Part shown: piece after piece, positions 48,979 through 58,992 of the stretch
Numbering within the stretch: position 1 is the stretch's first letter
Layout: each line of letters begins with the position of its first letter
NCBI GenBank assembly: GCA_947625895.1
Contig: CANQPZ010000002.1
Span: 1 to 61,614, forward strand
Direction: 5' to 3'
DNA length: 61,614 bases
DNA from: an uncultured Clostridia bacterium
GTDB lineage: Bacteria > Bacillota > Clostridia > TANB77 > CAG-508
The notes under the pieces: model-generated
The model's input: only the letters and a program-made list of their open reading frames with translations
Told to the model about the DNA's origin: nothing
Database searches by the model: none
Position numbers and translations under genes: made by a program

Positions 48979-49851
48979 TTGGAAAAATATAAAGAAATTG
49001 AAAGAAGCATAATTACATATTATAGAAAAAACATTTGGCAAAAGTTTGTTAAGGCAATCACAGAATATGATATGATTCATGATGGCGATAAAATTGCTGT
49101 TTGCATTTCTGGAGGAAAAGATTCATTTCTAATGGCAAAATGTTTTCAAGAATTATTAAGTCATGGCAAAAAGAATTTTGATGTTGTTTTCTTAACAATG
49201 AATCCAGGATATAGTGAAGCAAATAAACAAAAAATTATATCAAATGCAAAGCTCTTAAATATTCCAATAGAAATGTTTGAAACTAGAATTTTTGAAGCGG
49301 TACAAAATATAGAAGATCATCCATGTTATATTTGTGCAAGAATGAGAAGAGGATATTTATATGAAAAAGCAAAAGAATTGGGTTGTAACAAAATTGCTTT
49401 AGGACATCATTTTGATGATGTTATAGAAACAATTTTAATGGGAATGTTTTATGGTGCACAAGTTCAAACAATGATGCCGAAAGTAATAAGCACTTCACAT
49501 CCAGGAATGGAATTAATAAGACCATTATATTTTGTAAAAGAAGAAAGCATAATAGCTTGGAAAGAAAGATTTGAATTAGATTTTTTACAATGTGCATGTA
49601 AATTTACAGAGGATTATACTAAAAATCATAATGAAAATGGAGAGTCTAAAAGGCAAGAAGTAAAACAATTAATTAAAGAATTAAAACATGTATATGATAG
49701 AGTAGATATAAATATTTTCAGAAGTGTTGAAAATGTAAATTTGGATACAATCATTTCATACAGAAGTCAAAGAAGCGGAACTAGTACACATTTCTTAGAC
49801 CATTATGATGCAGAACTAGAGAAAGTTAAAAAAATGAACAAAGAAAATTAG
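48979..49851 (+). CDS. PP-loop ATPase, TtcA-like tRNA 2-thiolation protein
   Basis: SGGKDS PP-loop, CYICARMRRG, GHHFDD. TTG start as in the track. Confidence 0.7.
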   Translation: MEKYKEIERSIITYYRKNIWQKFVKAITEYDMIHDGDKIAVCISGGKDSFLMAKCFQELLSHGKKNFDVVFLTMNPGYSEANKQKIISNAKLLNIPIEMFETRIFEAVQNIEDHPCYICARMRRGYLYEKAKELGCNKIALGHHFDDVIETILMGMFYGAQVQTMMPKVISTSHPGMELIRPLYFVKEESIIAWKERFELDFLQCACKFTEDYTKNHNENGESKRQEVKQLIKELKHVYDRVDINIFRSVENVNLDTIISYRSQRSGTSTHFLDHYDAELEKVKKMNKEN

Positions 49852-50015
49852 AAGTTGTACAGAACAAAAGCGGACATTTATACATGTCATACTATATAAA
49901 TTTATTGCAAAGTCAGCGTATTTGTTCTAAGCGCCAAATTTTTGATAAAAAATTTGTGTGCAAATTTGGCGAAGCCTTTCTATAATAGGAAATGCGGAGC
50001 ACTTTCCTATTATAG

Positions 50016-50047
50016 AAAAAACGTAGATTTTTATCTACGTTTTTTTA
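50016..50047. terminator. bidirectional terminator between the ttcA-like and tetR genes
   Basis: A5, ACGTAGAT, TTTT, ATCTACGT, T7. Confidence 0.7.
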
Positions 50048-50611
50048 TTTATTATCTTCATAAATACCAAGTGATTTTGCAGCTAAATTATAAATTAAAG
50101 TAGCAATATGTTCTGGAGTTTCTTTTGTACCGGAACTAATCCATTTTTTAATTATTTCAAGACTACCAGAGAAAAAATACATAAATACATAATCGGCATC
50201 AGATGCTGGCCCTTTGTTTAGAGTTTCAAGTTTTTCTTTAAAAAACATAATAGGAGCATTCATAATATTTTTTGAAATTTCTTCAGAAATATGATTATTG
50301 AATAATAATTTATATATTTTTGTATTTTCTTTTACAATAGATAAAAGTCTGCATAAAGGTTTAGTAATAGCATCTTGATCATTGTCATTTATATTTTTTA
50401 AACATTCTTCATTAGCTAATATTAATTCATGTTCAATATCAGCAAATACATCATATACATTTTCATAATATTTATAAAAAGTAGAACGATTTAATTCTGC
50501 CTTTTGGCATAATTCAGTTACAGTAATATCATACAAAGATTTTTTCTCTAATAGATCAATCATTGCCTCTTTAAAAAGTTTTTTAGTTAATTTAGTTCTT
50601 TGATTTTCCAT
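50045..50611 (-). CDS. TetR/AcrR-family transcriptional regulator
   Basis: HTH ITVTELCQKAELNRSTFYKYY. ATG 50611 is preceded by GGGAGG. The track start 50686 is an upstream extension. Confidence 0.8.
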   Translation of the reverse strand: MENQRTKLTKKLFKEAMIDLLEKKSLYDITVTELCQKAELNRSTFYKYYENVYDVFADIEHELILANEECLKNINDNDQDAITKPLCRLLSIVKENTKIYKLLFNNHISEEISKNIMNAPIMFFKEKLETLNKGPASDADYVFMYFFSGSLEIIKKWISSGTKETPEHIATLIYNLAAKSLGIYEDNK

Positions 50612-50789
50612 AAATATTGCCTCCCAAGTAATAACAACTTTAAAATAATTTGTTTTAATATCAACACTTTTTGATAAAAGTGTCACAAAAACAACATTTT
50701 AATATAAACTGTGTGTTGCAAAAACAACAGAATGTGGATAAAATATATTATACGCGATTGAACAGGAAAAGTAAAGAGGAGGATTACAC

Positions 50790-53700
50790 TTGAAGAAAAT
50801 AGCAGGCTTTATTGTAGAAAAAAGAAATATAATTTTTGCAATTACTTTTATAATTTTAATATTAAGTATTTTAGGAATGAGTAAAGTAACTGTAAATTAT
50901 GATATGAGTTCATACTTGCCAGATGATTCAAAAGTAAAAGCTGGAATGCATTTAATGGCAGATGAGTTTGGAGACATGTCAACGATAACAGTTATGTTTG
51001 ATAATTTAAGTCCAGAAGAACAATTAAGTAAAAAAGATGAGTTAGCGCAAATTAAAAATGTAAAAAGTGTTACATATGATCAAAATGATGAAAAATATCA
51101 GAAAGAAAATCACTCTAAATATGCATTAATAATTTCAGCAGATACTTATTCAGATGAGGCTAGAGATACATTAAATGCAATCAGAGAAAAATATGGAGAC
51201 TCTGCATATTTAAGTGGACCAGTTGTTGATAATGACTTAATGATAGACACACTTATGGAAGAAATTCCAATAATAATTGTTATAGCAGTTTTCTTTATAT
51301 TTATAATTTTATTTATTCTTTGTGATACATGGACAGAACCATTTTTGTTTATGATATGCATTGGAGTAGCAGTACTTGTTAATATGGGAACAAATGCACT
51401 ATTTGATTCAGTTTCATTTATGACATTTGCAATTGCAGCCCTATTACAGATGGGACTTTCTATGGATTATTCAATCATGTTAATGAATAGATATAATCAG
51501 GAAAAGAAAAATAATAAAAATGCAACAGAAGCAATGAAATCAGCATTAGCAAATGCCTTTGGAGCTATTTCAGGAAGCTCAGTAACAACAATAGTTGGAC
51601 TTTTAGCTTTAGTATTTATGAGTTTCAAAATAGGTGCTGATATGGGAATTGTTTTAGCTAAAGGAGTATTTATTAGCTTATTAAGTATATTTACAATTCT
51701 TCCAGGATTAATAGTTAAATTTGATAACCTAATGAATAAAACAAGAAAAAAATCTTTAAACTTTAATACAGATTTACTTATGAAGTTTGTTGGAAAAGCA
51801 AGATTTACTATAGTTCCAATAGCTTTAATTGCTGTAGCTTCATCTATTATGTATAAAGATAATTTAGACATAATTTATATAAAGAATTTTGACAATAAGC
51901 AACAAGAATATATTGATGGCATTTTTGGAACAGACAATCAAATAATATTAACATACAAGTCAAATGAAAAAGATGAAAATATAAATTCATTAATAGATTG
52001 GCTTGAGAATAACGAACATGTTAATTCAGTAACAGCATACACGAATACAATTGAGAAACAATACAACTATAGTGAAATTGCAGATGAAATTGATGTAGAA
52101 AAAGAAAAGGTAAAATTAATTTATCAATTATATAAAGATAAAGACAATACAGCAGCACACGAAAAAATCACTTTATATGACTTAATAGTATTTTTGGATA
52201 ACAATATAGTTTCAAATCCAGTATATACAGAACTTGCAAGTCAAGAAGATAAAGATAAAATACTAGATGCAAGAAAAGAATTAGAAGATGGAAAAATAAA
52301 GATTGCAGATGCTGAAAAAGAAATATCTAATGGAGAAGAAGAAATAAAAGCAAACGAAAAAAAGGTTTCTGATAGTGAAAAACAGCTTGCTTCAGCTAAA
52401 AAACAGTTAGATAATGCAAAAAGTGAAATAGAATCAAATGAAAAGAAAATTGCTGAAAGTGAAACACAAATAGCAGAAAATGAAGAAAAACTAGAAACAT
52501 CAAAACAAGAAATTGAAAAAGCAGAAAAAGAATTAAATTCACAGCTTGAAAGTTATGGAAGAGCAGGTGCTACAAAAGATGATCTTATACAACTAGAAGA
52601 AACACTTAGAAGTATGGGATTAACTGATGAAAGTGAATACATAAAATTATTAGAAAAAGCAATTTCTGCAATGGATCAAATTGAAACAGGAAAACAGCAA
52701 ATTACAACAGGAGAAGAACAAATAAAAGCAGCAAAAAAACAACTAGAAGTTGGAAAACAACAATTAGAAAAAGGAAAGAAAGATTATAGTGCAGGACTAA
52801 GTGAATATGAATCAGGAAAGAAACAGTTAGAAAATGGTAAAAAAGAACTAGAAGCTGGAAAACAAAAACTAGAAGATGGAAAAAATGAATTAAAAGCAAA
52901 TAAAAGATTATATGAAGTTCCAATGAGTGCAGAAGAATTATCAAAAGAAATGGAAATGAGTGTATCAAAAGTTAATGATATATTAGAATTTGTAAGAATT
53001 TTTGGAATAGATGTTGAACAAGATACACTTAGAGTTGAAGATGTTTTAGACTATGTATATGACGATATTCTTACAAATGAAACTTTTAGTCAGTCTATAA
53101 CAGAAGATGTTAAAGATAAATTAGATGATGGAAAGCAAAAGATAGAAGATAGTAAATCATTAATGGTGTCAGATAATTATAAAAGAATGATAATTTCCTT
53201 AGATTTACCAACTGAAAGTGATGATACATTTGCATTCATAAAATTACTTAATGAGAAAATTGATGGAACACTTGAAAATGAAAATTATTTATTAGGTGAT
53301 ACCACAATGGCATACGAAATGAATGAAGGATTTGTTGGTGAACTTAACTTTGTTACAATTCTTACAGTAATTGCTATATTAGTTGTCGTATTATTTACAC
53401 TACGTTCAATTCCAAGTTCTGTATTGTTAGTTACAATTATTCAGAGCGCAGTATATATTACAACAGCAATATGTGTACTTCAAGGAAAATCAGTAAATTA
53501 TGTAGCACTAATACTTGTACAATGTATTTTGATGGGAGCTACAATAGATTACGGAATCTTGTTTGACTGTAATTATAAAGAACAAAGAAAAGACAAAGAT
53601 AGATTTGAAGCATTGCGAATAGCAATGAAAAACTCAATAAAAACAATATTAACATCATCATTAATTTTATTTAACTGTTGTGCAACAGTAGGAATACTTA

Positions 53701-53849
53701 TGACACAAAAAGTAATTTCTCAAACTTGTACAATAATAGCATATGGAACTGTATGTGCAGTAATAATGGTAATATTCGTTTTACCAGCACTTACACTAAT
53801 GTTAGATAAAATATTAGTACATAAAAAGAATAAAAAAATCAGCAAATAA
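50790..53849 (+). CDS. MMPL/RND-superfamily transporter with a large coiled-coil (YhgE/Pip-like) insertion
   Basis: Two multi-TM blocks (N- and C-terminal) with MMPL-like sequence. The central ~200 aa carry KxLExGK-type heptads. TTG start follows GAGGAGG. Confidence 0.7.
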   Translation: MKKIAGFIVEKRNIIFAITFIILILSILGMSKVTVNYDMSSYLPDDSKVKAGMHLMADEFGDMSTITVMFDNLSPEEQLSKKDELAQIKNVKSVTYDQNDEKYQKENHSKYALIISADTYSDEARDTLNAIREKYGDSAYLSGPVVDNDLMIDTLMEEIPIIIVIAVFFIFIILFILCDTWTEPFLFMICIGVAVLVNMGTNALFDSVSFMTFAIAALLQMGLSMDYSIMLMNRYNQEKKNNKNATEAMKSALANAFGAISGSSVTTIVGLLALVFMSFKIGADMGIVLAKGVFISLLSIFTILPGLIVKFDNLMNKTRKKSLNFNTDLLMKFVGKARFTIVPIALIAVASSIMYKDNLDIIYIKNFDNKQQEYIDGIFGTDNQIILTYKSNEKDENINSLIDWLENNEHVNSVTAYTNTIEKQYNYSEIADEIDVEKEKVKLIYQLYKDKDNTAAHEKITLYDLIVFLDNNIVSNPVYTELASQEDKDKILDARKELEDGKIKIADAEKEISNGEEEIKANEKKVSDSEKQLASAKKQLDNAKSEIESNEKKIAESETQIAENEEKLETSKQEIEKAEKELNSQLESYGRAGATKDDLIQLEETLRSMGLTDESEYIKLLEKAISAMDQIETGKQQITTGEEQIKAAKKQLEVGKQQLEKGKKDYSAGLSEYESGKKQLENGKKELEAGKQKLEDGKNELKANKRLYEVPMSAEELSKEMEMSVSKVNDILEFVRIFGIDVEQDTLRVEDVLDYVYDDILTNETFSQSITEDVKDKLDDGKQKIEDSKSLMVSDNYKRMIISLDLPTESDDTFAFIKLLNEKIDGTLENENYLLGDTTMAYEMNEGFVGELNFVTILTVIAILVVVLFTLRSIPSSVLLVTIIQSAVYITTAICVLQGKSVNYVALILVQCILMGATIDYGILFDCNYKEQRKDKDRFEALRIAMKNSIKTILTSSLILFNCCATVGILMTQKVISQTCTIIAYGTVCAVIMVIFVLPALTLMLDKILVHKKNKKISK

Positions 53850-53921
53850 GAAAAAATACTTTATACACTAAGAGTCGAGTAGAAAAATAAATTCTATTCG
53901 ACTTTTTCTATTGTATTAATA

Positions 53922-53956
53922 TTGACAAGTGTTATAAACTGTTATATACTGTTATA
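53922..53956 (+). promoter_or_regulatory. promoter and operator of the gntR-ABC operon
   Basis: TTGACA (53922-53927), 17 nt, TATACT (53945-53950). TGTTATA occurs three times at exact 10-bp phasing (53930, 53940, 53950). Confidence 0.5.
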
Positions 53957-53971
53957 CATAAGGAGAGAAAA

Positions 53972-54346
53972 ATGAATTTAATAATAAGTAATAATAGCGA
54001 AACACCAATATATATGCAGATAAAAAATAAAATGAAAAATGCAATAAATACTAATGAATTAAAAGAAACAGAGGCTCTTCCTTCTGTTAGAAATCTTGCC
54101 AAAGACCTTAGAATAAGTGTATTGACTGTAAAAAAAGCATATGATGAACTTGAACAAGAAGGTTATATAAAAACTGTTCAGGGAAAAGGAAGTTTTGTTA
54201 TTCCAAGAAATAAAGAACTAGTAAAAGAGGAACAAATTAAAACTATTGAAGAACATATAGATAAAATTATAAAGATTGCCAAAATAACTGATATTAGTAA
54301 AGAAGAAATTATTGATTTGTTCAATTATTTATATGAGGAGGAATAA
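53972..54346 (+). CDS. GntR-family (YtrA-subfamily) transcriptional regulator
   Basis: LPSVRNLAKDLRISVLTVKKAYDELEQEGYI. The short 124-aa form is typical of YtrA. Confidence 0.85.
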   Translation: MNLIISNNSETPIYMQIKNKMKNAINTNELKETEALPSVRNLAKDLRISVLTVKKAYDELEQEGYIKTVQGKGSFVIPRNKELVKEEQIKTIEEHIDKIIKIAKITDISKEEIIDLFNYLYEEE

Positions 54347-54347
54347 G

Positions 54348-55205
54348 ATGGAAAACATTTTAGAAATTAAAAACTTATCTAAAAAATATGATGATTTTAA
54401 ACTAGAAAATATAAATTTAGAACTTCCTAAAGGAATGATAATGGGACTAGTTGGTGAAAATGGAGCTGGAAAAACTACAACAATAAGAAGTATTTTAAAT
54501 ATGATAAATGTTGATAGTGGAGAAATTAAAATTTTTGGTCTTGATACAAAAAAACATGAAAAAGAAGTAAAAGAAGATATAGGAATTGTTCTTGATGATA
54601 GTTTTCTTTCAGAATATTTAACTCCTAAAGATATAAATAAGATAATGAAAAAAATGTATAAAAATTGGGATGAAAAAATCTATTTTAATTATATTAAAGA
54701 ATTTGATTTACCAGAAAATAAAATCTCTAAGGGATTTTCAAATGGTATGAAAATGAAGCTAAAAATTGCAGTTGCACTTTCTCATCATCCAAAATTTTTG
54801 ATATTAGATGAACCAACAGCAGGACTTGATCCAGTTGCAAGAAATGATTTATTAGATATTTTTCAAGATTTTATCGAAGATGAGGAACACGGAATATTAG
54901 TTTCAAGTCACATAACTTCCGATTTGGAACATATTGCAGACTATATTACTTTTATAAATAAAGGAGAAATAATATTTAGCAAAGATAAAAATGAACTTAT
55001 AGATAATTATGGAATAGTAAAATGCACAGAAGATGAGTTTAAGAAAATAGATAAAGATGATTATTTGATGATGAAAAAAAGAAAATATGAATACGATCTT
55101 TTAGTTGAAAATAAGTCAGAATTTAAGAAAAAGTATGATATTGATGTGATAGATAATGCAAATATAGAAGAGATAATGGTAATGTATATAAAAGGAGGAA
55201 AATAG
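54348..55205 (+). CDS. ABC transporter ATP-binding protein
   Basis: Walker A GENGAGKTT, signature FSNGMKMKL, Walker B LILDEPTAGLD. ATG 54348 lies 1 nt after the gntR stop. Confidence 0.85.
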   Translation: MENILEIKNLSKKYDDFKLENINLELPKGMIMGLVGENGAGKTTTIRSILNMINVDSGEIKIFGLDTKKHEKEVKEDIGIVLDDSFLSEYLTPKDINKIMKKMYKNWDEKIYFNYIKEFDLPENKISKGFSNGMKMKLKIAVALSHHPKFLILDEPTAGLDPVARNDLLDIFQDFIEDEEHGILVSSHITSDLEHIADYITFINKGEIIFSKDKNELIDNYGIVKCTEDEFKKIDKDDYLMMKKRKYEYDLLVENKSEFKKKYDIDVIDNANIEEIMVMYIKGGK

Positions 55206-55850
55206 ATGAAAATAATTGAAGGATTGATGATAAAAGATTTTTTAAATGTAAAAAGTTATCTGAAAATTTTCATGTTAACTTTAATGATTTTTATATTTTT
55301 CAATACTCAAATGCTAACAATATTTTTTCCACTTTGCCTTGGAATGGTTGCAATTAGTAGCTTTAATTATGATGAGTTAACAAAAGCAAATAGATTCATT
55401 TTGACATTACCAGTAAACAAAAAAGAAATAATTAGAGCAAGATATTTATATATTTTTATTATGACACTTTTAGGATTTATACTAGGATTTACATTAACAA
55501 GTCTAATTCAAATTGTAAAACAAGATTCTACTTTCAATGTTATGCAAAATTTATTTACATCAGCAGGAGCTTCTATAGGAATGATGTTACTACAATCTTT
55601 TGAAATTCCAATTATGTATAAATTTGGAGCAGAAAAGGGAAGAATTATTCAAAGCATTGGAATCATTTTAATAATGCTAACAATTTCTGGAATTGCTACT
55701 TTTTTAATTAAAATATTAAACATTTCTTTAGTCACATTTTTAGAGATGTTAGAAAATTATATAGTTTATATAGCTCTTGTAATTATTGCAATCTTATATA
55801 TTTGTTCATACATGCTATCCATAAAAATTTATAAAAAAATTGAAGTATAA
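55206..55850 (+). CDS. ABC-2-type membrane protein
   Basis: About 6 TM helices. The start abuts the ATPase stop. Confidence 0.6.
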   Translation: MKIIEGLMIKDFLNVKSYLKIFMLTLMIFIFFNTQMLTIFFPLCLGMVAISSFNYDELTKANRFILTLPVNKKEIIRARYLYIFIMTLLGFILGFTLTSLIQIVKQDSTFNVMQNLFTSAGASIGMMLLQSFEIPIMYKFGAEKGRIIQSIGIILIMLTISGIATFLIKILNISLVTFLEMLENYIVYIALVIIAILYICSYMLSIKIYKKIEV

Positions 55851-55914
55851 AGTAGTATAAAAATCTATAATTATATGTTAAAATATTCTCATAAATTATA
55901 GAGAGGTATAAAAT

Positions 55915-56610
55915 ATGAATATTAAAATTTTACAATTATTTGATGGAGCAAAAGAAGCTACAGGATTAGCTGTTATAATCGACGTTTTTAGAGCTTTTAC
56001 TGTTGAACCTTATATTATAAATAATAGAGCAAAGAAATTAATTCCAGTAGGAGATATGCAAATAGCATATGACTATAAGGAACAGAATGATGATTGCGTA
56101 TTAATTGGTGAAAGAAGAGGAATAAAATTACCTGGATTTGATTATGGAAATTCACCATCACAAATAGAGAATGTTGATTTCTCTGGAAAAACTGTTATAC
56201 ACACAACTAGCTCTGGAACACAAGGAATTGCTAATGCAATAAATGCTGAGGACATAATAACAGGAAGCTTTGTAAATGCAAAAGCGATTGTTAAATACAT
56301 AAAACAGAAAGGTTATGAAGATGTATCACTTGTATGCATGGGAAATGGAGGATTAACAGAATCAGATGAGGATACATTGTGCGCTAAATATATAAAAGAC
56401 TTGTTAGAAGGCAAAGAAGTAGCAATAGGAAAAGAATTAGAAAAGCTAAAAACTACTGCAGCAACGAGATTTTTTGATGATAAACTTCAAGATATTTTCC
56501 CAGAAAGAGATTTTTACTTATGCACTGAAATTAATAAATTTAACTTTGTTTTAAAAGTTAAAAAGGATGAAAATGGAATGAATTATATAAAAAAGATAGA
56601 AGTAGTATAA
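55915..56610 (+). CDS. 2-phosphosulfolactate phosphatase (ComB) family protein
   Basis: VIIDVFRAFT near the N-terminus, plus the length and pattern of the ComB family. Confidence 0.6.
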   Translation: MNIKILQLFDGAKEATGLAVIIDVFRAFTVEPYIINNRAKKLIPVGDMQIAYDYKEQNDDCVLIGERRGIKLPGFDYGNSPSQIENVDFSGKTVIHTTSSGTQGIANAINAEDIITGSFVNAKAIVKYIKQKGYEDVSLVCMGNGGLTESDEDTLCAKYIKDLLEGKEVAIGKELEKLKTTAATRFFDDKLQDIFPERDFYLCTEINKFNFVLKVKKDENGMNYIKKIEVV

Positions 56611-56771
56611 AAACCAAAAGAAGAAACTATTTAGTTTCTTCTTTTTTTCCTGTTATATAAAGAGAAAATAAATGAATAAACGAGATCAACAAAAAGTTGA
56701 AATATGATGAGTTTTAGTATATTATTTATGTATTAAAAAATAATCTACAACTGATAAAACGGAGATTACAA

Positions 56772-57572
56772 ATGGAGTATTTTTGGTACATAATTGCATC
56801 AATAGGTGCAGGAGTTGGAACTGGTCTTGCAGGACTTTCAACAGCAACAGTTATAGTTCCAATTTTAATTGTTCTATGTCCTTCTTTTGGAATAGAAGGT
56901 GGGGTATACCAAGCAACTGCAATTGCTTTAGCAGCAGATGTTTTAGGTTCAGCATTTACTGCCTATATATATGCTAAGAATAAAAATATAGATTTAAAAA
57001 GAGGCTCTATTGTGCTGGTGTGTGTAATAATTATGAGCATAATAGGAAGCATAATAGCAGCCTTAGCTGGAAATATTGTTTTAGGAACAACAACATTGTT
57101 TCTTACACTACTAGTAGGAATAAGATTTTTAGTAAAGCCAGACTCAACAGAAAGAGATATCTATAAGGTTGGAGCAAAGTTTTCTAAATTTGATATTATA
57201 GGCTCATTGTTCTTTGGAATATCAATAGGATTTGGAATTGGATTTATTGGCTCTGGTGGTGGAATGACAATGCTTCTAGTATTTACAATCCTTCTAAAAA
57301 TGGAAAGAAAAAAAGCTGTTGGAACTAGTACATTTATTATGACATTTACAGCACTTATTGCAGCAGTCAGCCATATGATTATAAATCCATCAATAATTTT
57401 AGAAAAATGGAATGTATTATTAACTTGCATTATAACAACTACAATTGCATCTGCATTATCAGCAAAATTTGCAAATAAAGTAAGTGATAAGGTTGTAGGA
57501 CTTACTACTGGAGCTGTACTAACATCATTGGGAATCTTCTTATTATTTTTGCATTATAGAATGTATATTTAA
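56772..57572 (+). CDS. TauE/SafE-family (DUF81) anion exporter
   Basis: 8-TM protein with duplicated G-rich helices (GAGVGTGLAGLS and GFIGSGGGM). Confidence 0.65.
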   Translation: MEYFWYIIASIGAGVGTGLAGLSTATVIVPILIVLCPSFGIEGGVYQATAIALAADVLGSAFTAYIYAKNKNIDLKRGSIVLVCVIIMSIIGSIIAALAGNIVLGTTTLFLTLLVGIRFLVKPDSTERDIYKVGAKFSKFDIIGSLFFGISIGFGIGFIGSGGGMTMLLVFTILLKMERKKAVGTSTFIMTFTALIAAVSHMIINPSIILEKWNVLLTCIITTTIASALSAKFANKVSDKVVGLTTGAVLTSLGIFLLFLHYRMYI

Positions 57573-57597
57573 ACATAAAGCTAAGGAGAAAATATAA

Positions 57598-58089
57598 ATG
57601 AAAAAAGCTTTAATTATAATAGTTGTATTAATTATTCTTCTAGTACTAGGATTTTTAATATGGAATTCTAAGAATAAAGAAAGTGTACAAGTATCAAATC
57701 AAGATTATTCTGAAAATGTAGTAAATTCGGAAAACACAGCTAATACAGAGGTGGATAAAAACATGAAAGTAATAATAAATAATAATGAATATGAAGTAAA
57801 ATTAGAAAATAATGAAACAGTTAACGATTTATTAAAAATACTACCACTTGATATAGAAATGAAAGAACTAAATGGCAATGAAAAATATTTTTACTTAGAT
57901 GAAAATTTAACATCAAAACCAGTAGTACCAGAATATATAAACAGTGGAGATATAATGTTATACGGAGATAATTGTCTTGTTGTTTTTTATGAAAGTTTTA
58001 AAACAAATTATTCTTATACAAAAATAGGACATATAGATGAATTGCCAAATTTTGATAATGGAAGTGTAAAAATAACTTTCACAAAATAG
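57598..58089 (+). CDS. cyclophilin-like fold protein with an N-terminal membrane anchor
   Basis: LENNETVNDLLKILPLDIEMKELNGNEKYFYL...GDIMLYGDNCLVVFYESF matches the cyclophilin-like family as I remember it. Confidence 0.5.
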   Translation: MKKALIIIVVLIILLVLGFLIWNSKNKESVQVSNQDYSENVVNSENTANTEVDKNMKVIINNNEYEVKLENNETVNDLLKILPLDIEMKELNGNEKYFYLDENLTSKPVVPEYINSGDIMLYGDNCLVVFYESFKTNYSYTKIGHIDELPNFDNGSVKITFTK

Positions 58090-58101
58090 AAAGAGGGAAA
58101 A

Positions 58102-58974
58102 ATGGAATTAATTAAAGTTGGAGAAAAAACATATTACATTAAAAATCCTACTAATATTGGAATTTACAAAGTAGATGAAGAAAATGTATATTTAATAGAT
58201 TCTGGAAATGATAAAGATGCAGGAAAGAAGATATTAAAAATAATTGATGAGCAAGGATGGAAAGTAAAAGGAATAATTACTACACATGCAAATGCTGATC
58301 ATATTGGAGGAAATAAAGTTATACAAGATAGAACAGGTTGCAGTATATTAGCTAACAAGATAGAAAAATCTATCACAGAAAATCCTATTTTGGAACCAGC
58401 CCTTTTGTATGGCGGATATCCTTTCAAAGATATAAGAAATAAATTTCTACTTGCAAAAGAATCAAAAGCAATCGAAATTGAAAGCAATTTACCAGAGGGA
58501 TTAGAATATATAAATATTAAAGGACATTTCTTCGATATGATCGGAATCAAAACAAGTGATGATGTATATTTTTTAGCAGATTCACTTTTTAGTGAAGAAA
58601 CAATTACCAAATATCATCTATTCTTTATATATGATGTTAGAGAATATTTAAATACACTAGATTACTTAGAAACGTTAGATGGAAAATTATATATTCCATC
58701 ACATTGCGAAGCAACAGATGATATAACTAATTTGATAAAAGTAAATAGAAATAAAATAAATGAAATCTCAAATAAAATATTAGAAATATGCAAAGAAGAA
58801 AAAACATTTGAAGAAATCTTAAAAGAAATATTTGAAGTATATAATCTAATAATGAATGCAAACCAATATGTATTAATTGGTAGCACAGTTAAATCTTATC
58901 TATCTTATTTAAATGAAGAAGATAAATTAACATATGAATTCAAAGATAATAAAATGGTTTGGAAACAAAAATAA
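58102..58974 (+). CDS. MBL-fold metallo-hydrolase
   Basis: THANADHIGG (HxHxDH-type motif) plus a downstream His. Confidence 0.7.
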   Translation: MELIKVGEKTYYIKNPTNIGIYKVDEENVYLIDSGNDKDAGKKILKIIDEQGWKVKGIITTHANADHIGGNKVIQDRTGCSILANKIEKSITENPILEPALLYGGYPFKDIRNKFLLAKESKAIEIESNLPEGLEYINIKGHFFDMIGIKTSDDVYFLADSLFSEETITKYHLFFIYDVREYLNTLDYLETLDGKLYIPSHCEATDDITNLIKVNRNKINEISNKILEICKEEKTFEEILKEIFEVYNLIMNANQYVLIGSTVKSYLSYLNEEDKLTYEFKDNKMVWKQK

Positions 58975-58992
58975 AATACGGAGTAATATATA

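Noticed and set aside
52270-52900. Repetitive DNA that might have been a tandem repeat or CRISPR-like array.
   Set aside because: The repeats are imperfect and in-frame, and they encode coiled-coil heptads within one continuous ORF. There are no spacer-like unique units and no cas genes.
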